From NCBI GenBank assembly GCA_963748625.1, contig CAVVJT010000004.1, positions 704,001 through 768,000 of the forward strand: a stretch of DNA of 64,000 bases, read 5' to 3'. Below the pieces are notes generated by a model. The model was not told the DNA's origin, made no database searches, and worked only from the letters and a program-made list of their open reading frames with translations. Both the position numbers and the translations under genes were made by a program. Shown here one piece after another: positions 20,411-30,415 of the stretch; position 1 is the stretch's first letter, and each line of letters begins with the position of its first letter. This DNA is from an uncultured Chloroflexia bacterium. Lineage in GTDB: Bacteria; Chloroflexota; Limnocylindria; Limnocylindrales; CSP1-4.

Positions 20411-23400
20411 CTCGCCTCTCCGAGTTCGCCGTCGCCAAGCGGAGCGTGACGCTCCTGCTGGCGGCCGCCTTGTTCGTCGCCGGCCTCCTCGCCTGGGGCA
20501 GCCTCAAGCAGGAGCTGCTGCCCGACATCGAGTTCCCGGTCGTCACCGTCATCGCCCCGCTCCCGGGCACCGGCGCCGCCGACGTCGCCGAGCAGGTGAC
20601 CAAGCCGATCGAGCGCGCAATGGCCGGCGTTCCCCGCCTGGAGAGCCTGCAGTCCACGTCCGCGAACTCGCTCGGGCTGGTGGTCGGCCAGTTCGCGTTC
20701 GGCTCGGACGTCAAGGACATCAAGGCGACGATCGAGCAGAACCTGCAGAACGCGGGGCTGCCCGCGGGCGTCAACCCCCAGGTCTCCACGCTCAACATCA
20801 ACTCCTCGCCGGTGATCATCGCGAGCCTGGCGGCCACCAGCGACGACGGCCTCGACGAGGCGGCGCGCGTGGCCCAGGAGGACATCGTCCCGGCGCTGCT
20901 CGGCATCGAGGGCGTCGGCTCGGTCGACGTCACCGGCGGCGTGGAGCAGCGGGTGACCGTCACGCTCTACCCGGACAAGATGGCCGAGAACGGCATCAGC
21001 CTGGGCCAGGTCACGGGCGTCCTCGCCGCGAACAACCTCACCTTCCCGTCCGGCCAGATCACCAGCGACGGCACCAAGATCCCGGTCTCGACCATCGGGC
21101 GCATCGAGTCGCTCGAGGAGATCGAGGACATGGTCGTGGGCGTCAAGCTCCCGGCCGGCGCCGCGGCAGGCGGTCCCCCGGCGGGCGTCGGCGGGGCACC
21201 GGGCGGTGCGCCCGCGGGCGGCACCGGCGCACCGGCCGCCTCGGGCGCTCCGGCAGTGTCGGGCGCCCCGGTCGCCTCTGCGGCACCCATCGCCCCCAAG
21301 CAGGTCACCATCGCCGATATCGCCACCGTCACCCTCGACGGCGTCGCGACCACCGGCTTCGCGCGCACCGACGGCAAGCCCGCCCTCTCGCTCTCCGTCT
21401 CGAAGACCTCCGAGGCGAACACGGTCGCCGTCGCCGAGGCCGTCAGCGCCAAGCTCGCCGAGCTGGGCGAGCAGAACGACGATGTCGTGACGATCACCGT
21501 CGTCTCCGACCTGTCCACGTTCATCAAGGAGTCCCGGGACGGCCTGGTCAAGGAGGGCGGCCTTGGCGCCCTCTTCGCCATCCTGACGATCTTCCTGTTC
21601 CTGTTCAGCGTCCGCAGCACGATCGTGGCCGCGGTCTCCATCCCGCTCTCGATCCTGGCCGCGCTCGTGGTCATGCAGCTGACCGGGATCACCCTCAACA
21701 TCATGACCCTCGGGGGCCTCGCGGTCGCCGTCGGGCGCGTCGTCGATGACGCGATCGTGGTCCTCGAGAACATCTACCGCCACCGCGCGATGGGTGAGGA
21801 CCGCCTGACGGCCTCCATCAACGGGCCCAAGGAGGTCGCCGGCGCGATCACCGCGGCCACGATCACCACGGTGGGGGTGTTCCTGCCGCTCGGCTTCGTC
21901 GGCGGTCTCGTCTCCCAGTTCTTCCTCCCCTTCGCACTCACGGTCACCTTCGCGCTGCTCGCCTCGCTGATCTGCGCGCTGACCGTCGTCCCGGTCCTCG
22001 CCTACCTGCTCATCCACAAGGTCAAGACCAACGTGGACGAGGACGGCGAGCCGAAGAACTCGTTCTGGGTCAACGCCTACACCCCCACCATCACCCTCTC
22101 GCTGAAGAACCGCCGGACCAAGTGGGGCGTGGTCGCAGCCTCGCTGGTGCTGTTCGTCATCACGTCGGCCCTGGTGCCGCTGTTGCCCACCACGTTCCTC
22201 AACGCAGGCTCCGAGAAGATCCTCTCGGTCACCATCGCGCCGCCGCCGGGCACCAGCTCGGATGCGGTCCTCGCACGGACCACCCAGGCCGAGGCGATCC
22301 TCGGCGACCTCGAGCAGGTGATCCTGGTCCAGAGCTCCATCCCGGGTGAGGGCGACTCGGGTGCCCAGACGCTCGCCGCGGCCCGCGGCGGCCGCCCCGC
22401 CAACTCGGCCCGGATGACCGTCCGGCTCGAGGACAACGTCGACCTCAACGAGCAGTCCAAGGCCCTGTCCGATGCGCTGGCGCCAGTCAAGACCGACGGC
22501 TTCGACGTCGCGGTCGGCCAGGCGTCCGGCTTCGGGTCCAACGGCCTCAGCGTGATCGTGTCGGGCGAGAACCGCGACGAGGTCCTGGCCGCCAACGACG
22601 CGCTGCTCGCGGCCCTCGCGAGCGACACCCGCCTGCTCAACCTCAAGTCCGACCTGTCCACCGGGACCCCCGAGATCCAGGTCACCCCCGATCCCGCCAA
22701 GGCGATCGCGATCGGCCTCACCGGGGCACAGGTCGCCCAGGAGGTCCGCGCCGCGCTGGTCGGCACCACGGCGACCCGCGTCGTCCTCGATGCCAACGGG
22801 GACGCCACCGACCTCTACGTCCGCCTCGACCCGGAGGCCGTCCGGTCCGTCGAGGATCTGCGCGACCTGCCGGTCGGCACCGCCGCCAAGCTCCCGCTCG
22901 GTGACGTCGCCATCGTCGAGGAGGTCACCGCGCAGGGCTCGATCACCCGGATCGACCAGTCCCCCGCTGCGTCGATCGGCGCCGAGATCACCGACGAGAA
23001 CACCGGCCTCGTGTCCAAGGACGTCCAGGCCACCATCGATGCCCTCGTGGAGGATGGCTCCATCCCCGCGAGCGTGGACGTCCGGCTCGCCGGCGTCAGC
23101 CAGCAGCAGAGCGAGGCGTTCGGGGGCCTGTTCGTCTCGATGGGCGTGGCGATCCTGGTCGTCTACGTCGCCATGGTGCTGACGTTCAACTCGCTCATCA
23201 CGCCGTTCATCATCCTGTTCAGCCTCCCGCTGGCCACGATCGGCGCGTTCACCGCCCTGTTCGTGACCGGGCGCCCGCTGGGCGTCAGCGCCCTCATCGG
23301 CTTCCTGATGCTCATCGGCATCGTCGTCACCAACGCGATCGTGCTCCTGGACCTTGTCGAACGCCTGCGGCGCGAGGGAGTGGAGACGACCCATGCCCTC

Positions 23401-23697
23401 ATCGAGGGCGGACGGACCCGCGTCCGGCCGATCCTCATGACCGCGATCGCGACGATCCTCGCGTTGATCCCGCTCGCCGCGGGCTTCAACAACGGCTCCA
23501 TCATCGCGGCGGAGCTCGGCACGGTCGTCATCGGCGGCCTGTTCAGCTCCACGTTCCTGACCCTGCTCGTCATCCCGGTGATCTACTCGCTGGTTGACGG
23601 CGCCCGCAACTGGCGCAAGGCGAAGGCAGCCACGGGCGACGTGGCCGCGCCCGTACTCGCCCCGACCGCCGACCCGGCGGCGGCCCCGTCCACCTGA
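20407..23697 (+). CDS. RND efflux transporter permease (AcrB/SwrC-like)
   Basis: ELLPDIEFP, VGRVVDDAIVVLENI, GIVVTNAIVL, RVRPILMTA; 1096 aa. Confidence 0.95.
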   Translation: MTRLSEFAVAKRSVTLLLAAALFVAGLLAWGSLKQELLPDIEFPVVTVIAPLPGTGAADVAEQVTKPIERAMAGVPRLESLQSTSANSLGLVVGQFAFGSDVKDIKATIEQNLQNAGLPAGVNPQVSTLNINSSPVIIASLAATSDDGLDEAARVAQEDIVPALLGIEGVGSVDVTGGVEQRVTVTLYPDKMAENGISLGQVTGVLAANNLTFPSGQITSDGTKIPVSTIGRIESLEEIEDMVVGVKLPAGAAAGGPPAGVGGAPGGAPAGGTGAPAASGAPAVSGAPVASAAPIAPKQVTIADIATVTLDGVATTGFARTDGKPALSLSVSKTSEANTVAVAEAVSAKLAELGEQNDDVVTITVVSDLSTFIKESRDGLVKEGGLGALFAILTIFLFLFSVRSTIVAAVSIPLSILAALVVMQLTGITLNIMTLGGLAVAVGRVVDDAIVVLENIYRHRAMGEDRLTASINGPKEVAGAITAATITTVGVFLPLGFVGGLVSQFFLPFALTVTFALLASLICALTVVPVLAYLLIHKVKTNVDEDGEPKNSFWVNAYTPTITLSLKNRRTKWGVVAASLVLFVITSALVPLLPTTFLNAGSEKILSVTIAPPPGTSSDAVLARTTQAEAILGDLEQVILVQSSIPGEGDSGAQTLAAARGGRPANSARMTVRLEDNVDLNEQSKALSDALAPVKTDGFDVAVGQASGFGSNGLSVIVSGENRDEVLAANDALLAALASDTRLLNLKSDLSTGTPEIQVTPDPAKAIAIGLTGAQVAQEVRAALVGTTATRVVLDANGDATDLYVRLDPEAVRSVEDLRDLPVGTAAKLPLGDVAIVEEVTAQGSITRIDQSPAASIGAEITDENTGLVSKDVQATIDALVEDGSIPASVDVRLAGVSQQQSEAFGGLFVSMGVAILVVYVAMVLTFNSLITPFIILFSLPLATIGAFTALFVTGRPLGVSALIGFLMLIGIVVTNAIVLLDLVERLRREGVETTHALIEGGRTRVRPILMTAIATILALIPLAAGFNNGSIIAAELGTVVIGGLFSSTFLTLLVIPVIYSLVDGARNWRKAKAATGDVAAPVLAPTADPAAAPST

Positions 23698-23720
23698 GCA
23701 ACGGCCCAGCCCACGAACCA

Positions 23721-23747
23721 CCACGGGCGGCTTCCCGCCGCCCGTGG
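23721..23747 (+). terminator. Hairpin after the RND gene
   Basis: ccacgggcggc-ttccc-gccgcccgtgg, perfect 11-bp stem. Confidence 0.65.
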
Positions 23748-23809
23748 CACCCTATCGGTCCGGCCCCGCCGGGCCCTCAAGCCCCCCGCTCCCGCCCAAG
23801 GAGGAACAG

Positions 23810-24250
23810 ATGGCGATCACCCGCTCCGCAGAGGTGGCCTGGACCGGCGACCTCATGTCCGGCAACGGCACCATCAACTACGTCTCGTCCGGTGCCTTCA
23901 GCCGCATGCCCGTGTCGTGGGCCTCGCGCACCGAGGACCACAACGGCAAGACCAGCCCCGAGGAGCTCGTCGCGTCGGCGCACGCCTCGTGCTTCTCGAT
24001 GGCGTTCTCGGCAGCGCTCGCGCGCAACGGCACGCCCCCGACCAAGCTCGACGTGAAGGCCGTCGTCACATTCGACAAGACCGACGCCGGGTGGCGCATC
24101 ACCCGCTCGGACCTCACGGTCCGCGGTGAGGTCGAGGGCATTGACGAGGCCACGTTCGTCGAGCTCGCCAACGGCGCCAAGGACGGCTGCCCCATCTCGC
24201 AGGCCCTCAAGGGCAACGTCGAGCTGGCGGTGGACGCCGCCCTCGCGTAA
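23810..24250 (+). CDS. osmC: OsmC family peroxiredoxin
   Basis: TSPEELVASAHASCFSMA...AKDGCPISQAL; AAGGAGG RBS. Confidence 0.92.
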   Translation: MAITRSAEVAWTGDLMSGNGTINYVSSGAFSRMPVSWASRTEDHNGKTSPEELVASAHASCFSMAFSAALARNGTPPTKLDVKAVVTFDKTDAGWRITRSDLTVRGEVEGIDEATFVELANGAKDGCPISQALKGNVELAVDAALA

Positions 24251-24274
24251 CCCGCCCCTTCGTCCGCGTCACAA

Positions 24275-24308
24275 GCGCGCCGGTCGCCCTCGCGGGCGGC
24301 CGGCGCGT
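24275..24308. terminator. Bidirectional hairpin terminator between convergent osmC and phosphotriesterase genes
   Basis: gcgcgccggtcgccc-tcgc-gggcggccggcgcgt. Confidence 0.7.
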
Positions 24309-24344
24309 TCTGCGTTCCGTGGTCCAGGGGTGCGGCCCCGGCTC

Positions 24345-25283
24345 CTACCCGATCGTGAGGATCCGCCGGGGGTTGGTCACCGTGAGGTGCACGATGTCCG
24401 CCTCGGACACGCCGCGCTCCCGGAGCCGGGGAAGGAACACGTCCGAGAGGTAGGTGTAGCCGTTGCCCTCGAAGTGGCGCAGCTGGCTGTTGTGGCACAC
24501 GTCGTGGCTCAGGAGCACGCGGTCACCGTGGCCCCGGTGGAGCAGCTCGAGGAGCAGGTCGATCACCTTGCCCTCGCCATACCGTTCCATGGGCGTGAAG
24601 GACATCCCGAGGAAGTCGAACTCAATGGAAGCGCCCCGCCTGATCAGCGACAGGTAGTGGTCGAGCACCGGGAAGCTGTCGGCGTGGCCGATGACCACGC
24701 GCCCGGGGTCCACGCCCTCCTCCTCGAACACCGTGAGCTGCCACTGGCCGACGTCGGACATGACCGCGTGGGTGGTGATCGCCAGGCCGGTTCTTCGGGA
24801 TGCCCGAGCCACGGCGCGGTGGACCCGTTCCTCGGCCGGGGTCATCCACGGCTTGTCGGTCCCGATCTCACCCAGGATCCCGATCCGGATCCCGGTGTCC
24901 CCCACCCCCACGGTGGCGTCGTGGACCAGCTCCTCGGCAAGCGAGTCCACCGAGCGCTTCTCGATCATCACCTCGGGCGGGTAGTAGGCGGTCCGGTACC
25001 AGCCGCCGCCCATCACGATGTGGAGGCCGCTCTGCTCAGCGAGCCGCTTGAGCCAGGCCGGGTCGCGCCCGATTCCCGGCAGCGTAACGTCGGTCAGGCA
25101 GGTGCCGCCCGCCTCCTTGAACAGCCGGAGTTCCTCGAGGATCACGGGCTCGTCGGCGGTGAGCTCCCAGTAGTCCCAGCGATCCTGGATGTGCCAGAGC
25201 GTGCACTGGGTGTGCTCGTGGGGGAGGGTGAACCCGAGGGCCGAGGGATCGACCGGGCCCAGGACGGTCATGACGTGCGGCAT
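24345..25283 (-). CDS. Phosphotriesterase-related amidohydrolase (Php-like)
   Basis: TLPHEH, GEIG, TTHA, IGHAD, LSHD, NPRR. Confidence 0.9.
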   Translation of the reverse strand: MPHVMTVLGPVDPSALGFTLPHEHTQCTLWHIQDRWDYWELTADEPVILEELRLFKEAGGTCLTDVTLPGIGRDPAWLKRLAEQSGLHIVMGGGWYRTAYYPPEVMIEKRSVDSLAEELVHDATVGVGDTGIRIGILGEIGTDKPWMTPAEERVHRAVARASRRTGLAITTHAVMSDVGQWQLTVFEEEGVDPGRVVIGHADSFPVLDHYLSLIRRGASIEFDFLGMSFTPMERYGEGKVIDLLLELLHRGHGDRVLLSHDVCHNSQLRHFEGNGYTYLSDVFLPRLRERGVSEADIVHLTVTNPRRILTIG

Positions 25284-25366
25284 GCGCAGATCGTAGACCT
25301 CGCGCCCGGCGGCGTCGCGCCGCAGACCGCGCTACGCTCGCGGCAGATGCGCACGAGGAGGAACCG

Positions 25367-25921
25367 GTGACCGAGCGACGGAACGAGCCCGTCACGGGCG
25401 ACGTGATCGAGGGTGGCGTGGTCCACGCCTACACCTGGGAGTGGAACGACGTCGGCGGGCCGCGCGGCAAGAGCCGCCTGCCGTGGTTCGGGATCTTCCT
25501 CGTCGTCTTCGGCGGCCTGATGCTCCTGCGGCTGGTCTTCCCGTCGCTGGCCGCGATGGGCTCGCTGTTCCTGCTCGCGGTCGGCGTCGCGTTCCTGGTG
25601 TCCTGGCTGGTCAACCGGGGCGTCGGATCGCTCTACCTCGGGTCGATCATCACCGCGCTCGCGCTCCCGGACCTGCTGGCGGCCGCGAACATCGTGTCGG
25701 GTGACGGCGTCGGGACGCTCAGCATGGGCATAGCGTTCATCTTCATCGGCCTCGTCCGCGCGAGCAGCCGGGGCGGTCTTGGCTGGCAGATCGGCCTGGG
25801 CGTGATCCTGGTGCTCATCGGCCTGTCGAGCATGGCGCTGCCCGACTTCAACGAGCTGGTCTGGCCGGTCGTGCTGCTGGTGATCGGCGGCTTCCTGCTG
25901 CTGCGGGCCGGGCGCCGCTGA
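25367..25921 (+). CDS. Hypothetical membrane protein (LiaF-like TM segments)
   Basis: GAGGAGG RBS before GTG; about 6 TM helices; WPVVLLVIGG. Confidence 0.7.
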   Translation: MTERRNEPVTGDVIEGGVVHAYTWEWNDVGGPRGKSRLPWFGIFLVVFGGLMLLRLVFPSLAAMGSLFLLAVGVAFLVSWLVNRGVGSLYLGSIITALALPDLLAAANIVSGDGVGTLSMGIAFIFIGLVRASSRGGLGWQIGLGVILVLIGLSSMALPDFNELVWPVVLLVIGGFLLLRAGRR

Positions 25922-25945
25922 ACCGGCCGCTTCGGGCGGGTTCTC

Positions 25946-26146
25946 ATCCGCACAAGGATTGGATCGCCCATCTATCCGCGGAGGAATGGAATCCGGGGAG
26001 TCCGTCCAGGGCTCGGACCGTGAACCCCGGGTTCGGTGCATGACCCCTGCACGCCGTGGGCAATTCTCACCACGGGGATTGTTGGCCGATTCGATCCGCG
26101 CAGGGATGAATCGCCGAATTCCATCCGCGCAGGGATGGAATCGGGG
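25946..26146. repeat. Four imperfect copies of ATCCGCNSAGGRATGGAATCG in a convergent intergenic gap
   Basis: Copies start at 25946, 25974, 26094 and 26123, forming two pairs spaced 28-29 bp. Confidence 0.75.
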
Positions 26147-26168
26147 GGCGAGCCCGACGCCGGCGAGC

Positions 26169-27509
26169 TCAGCCGCGCGCGGCGATCTCCTCGAGCGCCG
26201 CGTCGAGCGCATCGCCCAGGCCGTTCGCGATCCGGGCCAGCTCGTCATCCGTGATCACGAACGGCGGGCCGAGCAGCACGACGTCGCCGTCCGTGCCGTT
26301 CGCATTCCCGGTCCCGCTGTAGAGCAGGAGCCCGTGCTCCCGTGCGATGCGGACCATCGTCTCCACCAGCCGCACCGAGCGCGGGTAGGGCGTCCGCAGC
26401 TCCCGGTCGCGGACCAGCTCCACGCCCACGAGCAACCCGCGTCCGCGGATGTCCCCGACGGAGGGGTGGTCCCCGAGCCGCGCCCGGAGCAGGTCCAGCA
26501 GCCGCTCGCCCTTGACCGCCGACGCCTCCACCAGCGACTCGGTCTCGATGATCCGCAGCACCTCGCGGGCAACGGTCGCCGCCCCCGGCTGGTGCGAGTA
26601 CGTGAACCCGTGGACGAACCCGCCACCCTTGGTGATCGTCTCCCACAGCTCGCCGGACGCGGCCACGAAGCCGAACGGCCAGTAGCCCGACGTCGCGCCC
26701 TTGGCCGACACCAGGATGTCGGGCTGGACGCCGTAGTGCTGCATCGCGAACCACGCGCCTGTGCGCCCGAAACCCGTCATCACCTCGTCGGCGATGAGCA
26801 GGACGCCATGACGCCGGCAGACATCGGCGATCGCGGGCCAGTAGCCCTCCGGCGGCTCCACCGCGCCCAGGGTGGCCCCGACGATCGGCTCAGCGACGAA
26901 CGCCGCGACCGTGGATGGGCCGGACGTCGTGATCGCCCGGTCGAGCTCGGCGGCCAGCTCGCCGGCATCGCCCAGGGCCTGCGACCCCGGATCCCCACCG
27001 CGGTACGGGTACGCCGCCGACACATGCCGGAAGCGGCCCAGCCAGCCCTCGTAGGGGCGACGGAGCGGCTTGCGCCCGGACAGGTCGAGGGCGCCCAGGG
27101 TGTTGCCGTGGTAGGAGCCCCAGCGCGCGAACACCGTGAGCCGATCCGCCTCGCCCCGCGCGATCTGCACGCCGCGGGCCAGCTTGAGCGCGGTCTCGAT
27201 CGCCTCGGACCCGCCGCTCACCGGGTAGAGATAGGGCTCCACGACCGGGAGGTGCGGCCCGAGCTCCTCCGCATACCGCTCCAGCGGCTCGTTCGTGAAC
27301 GCCGACCCGTGCGCGTAGGAGAGCCGGCCCGCTTGCTCGGCGAGCGCCTCGGCGATCTCGCGGCGTCCATGGCCGACGTTCACGACGACCGCGCCGCCCG
27401 CGGCATCGAGGTACTCCCGGCCGTCCGCATCGACGATCGTGGAACCGTGCGCGGCAACGGCGACGGGCGGGTTGGGGACCGCCGAGCGGCGGAAGACGTG
27501 CCCGCTCAC
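26169..27509 (-). CDS. Class-III PLP-dependent aminotransferase
   Basis: YLDAAGG, SGGSEA, SYHGNT, DEVMTGFGRTG, SAKG. Confidence 0.92.
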   Translation of the reverse strand: MSGHVFRRSAVPNPPVAVAAHGSTIVDADGREYLDAAGGAVVVNVGHGRREIAEALAEQAGRLSYAHGSAFTNEPLERYAEELGPHLPVVEPYLYPVSGGSEAIETALKLARGVQIARGEADRLTVFARWGSYHGNTLGALDLSGRKPLRRPYEGWLGRFRHVSAAYPYRGGDPGSQALGDAGELAAELDRAITTSGPSTVAAFVAEPIVGATLGAVEPPEGYWPAIADVCRRHGVLLIADEVMTGFGRTGAWFAMQHYGVQPDILVSAKGATSGYWPFGFVAASGELWETITKGGGFVHGFTYSHQPGAATVAREVLRIIETESLVEASAVKGERLLDLLRARLGDHPSVGDIRGRGLLVGVELVRDRELRTPYPRSVRLVETMVRIAREHGLLLYSGTGNANGTDGDVVLLGPPFVITDDELARIANGLGDALDAALEEIAARG

Positions 27510-27627
27510 GGGCGGGCCGGGGTGGTATGGGTGCTCACCCCGAGATTGTAGGCCCGGTCGTGACCAGACCACTGGTGCTGGCGGGTCCGCGAGCTGCAGG
27601 CGGCGGCAGATCACTGCGGCAGGCGCG

Positions 27628-27666
27628 AAACGGGCGGGGCCCGGCACGAAGGCCAGACCCCGCCCG
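27628..27666 (-). terminator. Terminator of the SQR operon
   Basis: cgggcgggg...ccccgcccg stem followed by TTT on the minus strand. Confidence 0.55.
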
Positions 27667-27690
27667 ACGCGCGGCGGATCCGAGGGAGAT

Positions 27691-28890
27691 CTAGACCCGC
27701 CCCTTCGGCACGGTGTGCCAGTACGTCTTGTTGAAGATGACCTTGCCCAGGTGCCACATCCTGCCGGGCTTGGGCGGCTTGGGCGGGTGCTCGTAGTCGA
27801 ACTGGAGCAGGGTGCCCTTCCCGTCGCCGACCTCGAAGAAGCACATCACCTTGCCGGTGTAGTTCGCCTCCTTGCCCTCGGGCTCGCGGCCCTGGACAGC
27901 GGCGGAGACCCGCTCAGCCACGATCGGGGCCTCGAAGTGGGCGGTCGAGCCCGCCTTCGAGAGCGGCAGGTCGGTGGCGTCACCGAGCGCATAGATGTTG
28001 GCATAGCGCGGGATCGACTCGTCGGCCTGGCCCGGCGCCGGCTTGACGACCGTCTTCACCTGGAGGGTGTGGCGGTCGGTGGGCAGCCAGCCCGACTTCG
28101 GCGCGAGGCCGGAGTCGATGACCACCTGCGCGCCCTTGTGCGGCGGCACGCAGATGAGCAGGTCGTACGGGTGCTCCTCGAACGCGTCGGTGATGACCAC
28201 CTTGCGCTCGGCGTCGATCTCGCCGACGCCCGCGAGCAGCTCCAGCTGGATCCCCTTCTCCTCGAAGATCGGCGTGGCCATCTCCGAGACGCTCTCGATG
28301 GTGAACGCGCGGTTGATCGGCGAGAGGAAGGTCATCTCGGTCTTGTCGCGCAGGCCGCGCTCACGGAGCTCCGCTTCGACCAGGAAGGCGACCTCGAGCG
28401 GTGCCGGCGGGCACTTGTACGGGATGCCGGCAATGCCGATGACGATCTTGCCGCCCGTGAACGCGTCGAGTGCCGTGCGCAGCTTCGCGGCCGCCTCGGC
28501 GGAGTAGAAGTGGTAGGCCTCGGAGTCGAAGTTCGGCAGATCCTCGGGCAGGATCCGGGAGCCCGTGGCGATCACGAGCTGGGCGTAGCTGATGGTGGCA
28601 CCGGAGCCAAGGCTCACGGTCTGCGCGGTCGGGTCGATCTTCTGGATCGTGTCGACCATGAGATCGACGTTCCCGTCGAGCAGCTTCTTCTCGGGCTTGA
28701 CCAGCTTCTCAGCCTTCTCCTGGCCCATGGCGATGTACATGTAGCCGGGCTGGTAGGCGTGCTGACCGGTGGCGTCGATGACGGTCACCTTGGCCTGACC
28801 CGCCGCAATCTCCTTCTTGAGCTTGCGGGCGATCAGGTTGGCGGCCAGGGTTCCGCCGACCCCGCCACCAAGGACGACGACGTGCTGCAT
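27691..28890 (-). CDS. sqr: Sulfide:quinone oxidoreductase-like FAD oxidoreductase (type III-like)
   Basis: VVLGGGVGG, YQPG, YKCPPAPLE, LGDAT, KAGSTAH, VMCF, DYEHPP; sulfur-carrier neighbourhood. Confidence 0.8.
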   Translation of the reverse strand: MQHVVVLGGGVGGTLAANLIARKLKKEIAAGQAKVTVIDATGQHAYQPGYMYIAMGQEKAEKLVKPEKKLLDGNVDLMVDTIQKIDPTAQTVSLGSGATISYAQLVIATGSRILPEDLPNFDSEAYHFYSAEAAAKLRTALDAFTGGKIVIGIAGIPYKCPPAPLEVAFLVEAELRERGLRDKTEMTFLSPINRAFTIESVSEMATPIFEEKGIQLELLAGVGEIDAERKVVITDAFEEHPYDLLICVPPHKGAQVVIDSGLAPKSGWLPTDRHTLQVKTVVKPAPGQADESIPRYANIYALGDATDLPLSKAGSTAHFEAPIVAERVSAAVQGREPEGKEANYTGKVMCFFEVGDGKGTLLQFDYEHPPKPPKPGRMWHLGKVIFNKTYWHTVPKGRV

Positions 28891-28897
28891 CGTGGGC

Positions 28898-29140
28898 CTA
28901 CCGGGTCTTCTCGACGACGATCTCGTCATAGCCGTCGCGGGTGAAGGTGCCGACCATGGTGTGTCCGGCCTTGCCGACCCACTTGGGGATGTCGGTCTTG
29001 CTGCCCTTGTCGGTGGTCAGGACGGCAAGGACGTCGCCGACCTCGGCCTCCTTCATGCCCCGGATGAGCTCCATCAGGGGACCCGGGCAGAAGCTGCCGC
29101 GGGCGTCGATGGTGGTGGTGATGGTCGGGATCTCAGTCAT
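28898..29140 (-). CDS. tusA: TusA/SirA-family sulfur carrier
   Basis: IDARGSFCPGP. Confidence 0.88.
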   Translation of the reverse strand: MTEIPTITTTIDARGSFCPGPLMELIRGMKEAEVGDVLAVLTTDKGSKTDIPKWVGKAGHTMVGTFTRDGYDEIVVEKTR

Positions 29141-29210
29141 CAGAAGTACTCCGGAAAGTGGGACGCCGGGGCGGCGGCGGGACGCTTGGATGCCGCCAGC
29201 CCCGAGGGGA

Positions 29211-29741
29211 TCAGATGAAGAGCGGGGCGTAGCCCTCGGCGACGAAGCCGAGGTACGTGGCTGCGCCGACCGAAGGGCTCATGCCGTCGATCAGGTCGTC
29301 GGCGGTGATACCGAACATGTCCATGGTCATCTGGCAAGGGATGAACTCGACGCCCAGCATGGCCGCCATCTCGAGCAGCTCGGCCGGCTTGGAGACGTTG
29401 TACTGCTTGGCGAGCTTGAACATCATCCAGGGCCCCATGCCCAGGAAGTTCATCTTGGAGAGCTTGCGATGCGCAATGCCCGGACGGGACATCATCGCGA
29501 GCATCTTCTGCATCCAGTTGGTGCCGGTGATGCGCTTGCCCGGCTTGACGAACGTCTGGAGGCCCCAGAAGGTCACGAAGACCTTGGTCTCCATGCCCAT
29601 CGCCGCGGCGGTGGAGGCCAGGATCATGGCCGCCCACGTCTTCTCGAGGTCGCCGCTGTAGCAGATGATCGCGAGGCCCTTGGCGCCCGGATGGACGCCG
29701 GCGGTCTCGAGTGCGGACTCAGTCATCGGGTCGCCGCTCAC
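29211..29741 (-). CDS. DsrE/DsrF/DrsH-like (DsrE2-type) sulfur transferase
   Basis: SGDLEK, FVTFWGL, LSKMNFLGMG, PCQMTMDMFG, VGAATYL..LFI. Confidence 0.88.
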   Translation of the reverse strand: MSGDPMTESALETAGVHPGAKGLAIICYSGDLEKTWAAMILASTAAAMGMETKVFVTFWGLQTFVKPGKRITGTNWMQKMLAMMSRPGIAHRKLSKMNFLGMGPWMMFKLAKQYNVSKPAELLEMAAMLGVEFIPCQMTMDMFGITADDLIDGMSPSVGAATYLGFVAEGYAPLFI

Positions 29742-29962
29742 TTCTTGCGCAGGACGAAGCGGTAGACGCCGCCGTCCACGGTCTGCTCGACCATGTCGTT
29801 GCCGGTGGTCTTGGACCAGGCGGCGAAGTCCTTCGTGGACCCCGGATCGGTGGCGAGCACCTCGAGCGTCTGGCCCGAGGTCATCCCCTTGACGGCCTGC
29901 GCCGTCTTGACGATCGGCATCGGGCAGTTGAGCCCGCGTGCGTCGACCTGAACGTCAGCCAT
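29738..29962 (-). CDS. tusA: TusA/SirA-family sulfur carrier (second copy)
   Basis: VDARGLNCPMPIVK, ATDPGS. Confidence 0.9.
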   Translation of the reverse strand: MADVQVDARGLNCPMPIVKTAQAVKGMTSGQTLEVLATDPGSTKDFAAWSKTTGNDMVEQTVDGGVYRFVLRKK

Positions 29963-29978
29963 GAGTTCGGTCCCTTTC

Positions 29979-30392
29979 CTAGATGAAGACGATCTGGCCG
30001 TCGCCGGCATTGAGGTAGAACGCGGTCACGCCCTCGGTCCCGTCCACGAGCGGATCGAGATCCTCCTCCTCGAGCTTGAGGAGGTCCATGGAGAGCGAGC
30101 AGGCCTGGATGTCCACCTCGCCCAGCTCCTTGACCTGGCGCAGGGTCTCGGCCCAGGACGCCTGGCCTTCCTGCGCGAGGTTGTCGACAGCGGCGCGGCC
30201 CTCGGGACCCGCCTCATCGGCCAGCCCGTGGTCCAGGCCGATGGAGGCCTTGGTGAAGGCGCGGAGTCCCCAGTACTGCAGGAAGATGTTGACCTGCTTG
30301 CCCAGCGCAGCTGCCCCGGCGGACATGACGGCGAGGGCCTGGAGCTTGTCGTCCGTGCCTGAGAACACCACGAAGTTGATGGTTTCCGACAT
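29979..30392 (-). CDS. DsrE/DrsH-like protein
   Basis: FSGTDDKL, FLQYWGL, ACSLSMDL; GGAGG RBS. Confidence 0.85.
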   Translation of the reverse strand: MSETINFVVFSGTDDKLQALAVMSAGAAALGKQVNIFLQYWGLRAFTKASIGLDHGLADEAGPEGRAAVDNLAQEGQASWAETLRQVKELGEVDIQACSLSMDLLKLEEEDLDPLVDGTEGVTAFYLNAGDGQIVFI

Positions 30393-30415
30393 GCGTTCCT
30401 CCCGAACAGCGTTGG

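Noticed and set aside
19939-23724. 1261-aa antisense ORF (and many other long shadow ORFs, e.g. 3318..4931, 8477..10576, 49354..51132, 52745..54769)
   Set aside because: These are high-GC codon-bias artefacts opposite or overlapping well-supported genes, with no recognisable motifs.
25946-26146. Intergenic repeats as a degenerate CRISPR array
   Set aside because: Gaps within pairs are only about 7-9 bp, the repeats are divergent, and there are no cas genes.
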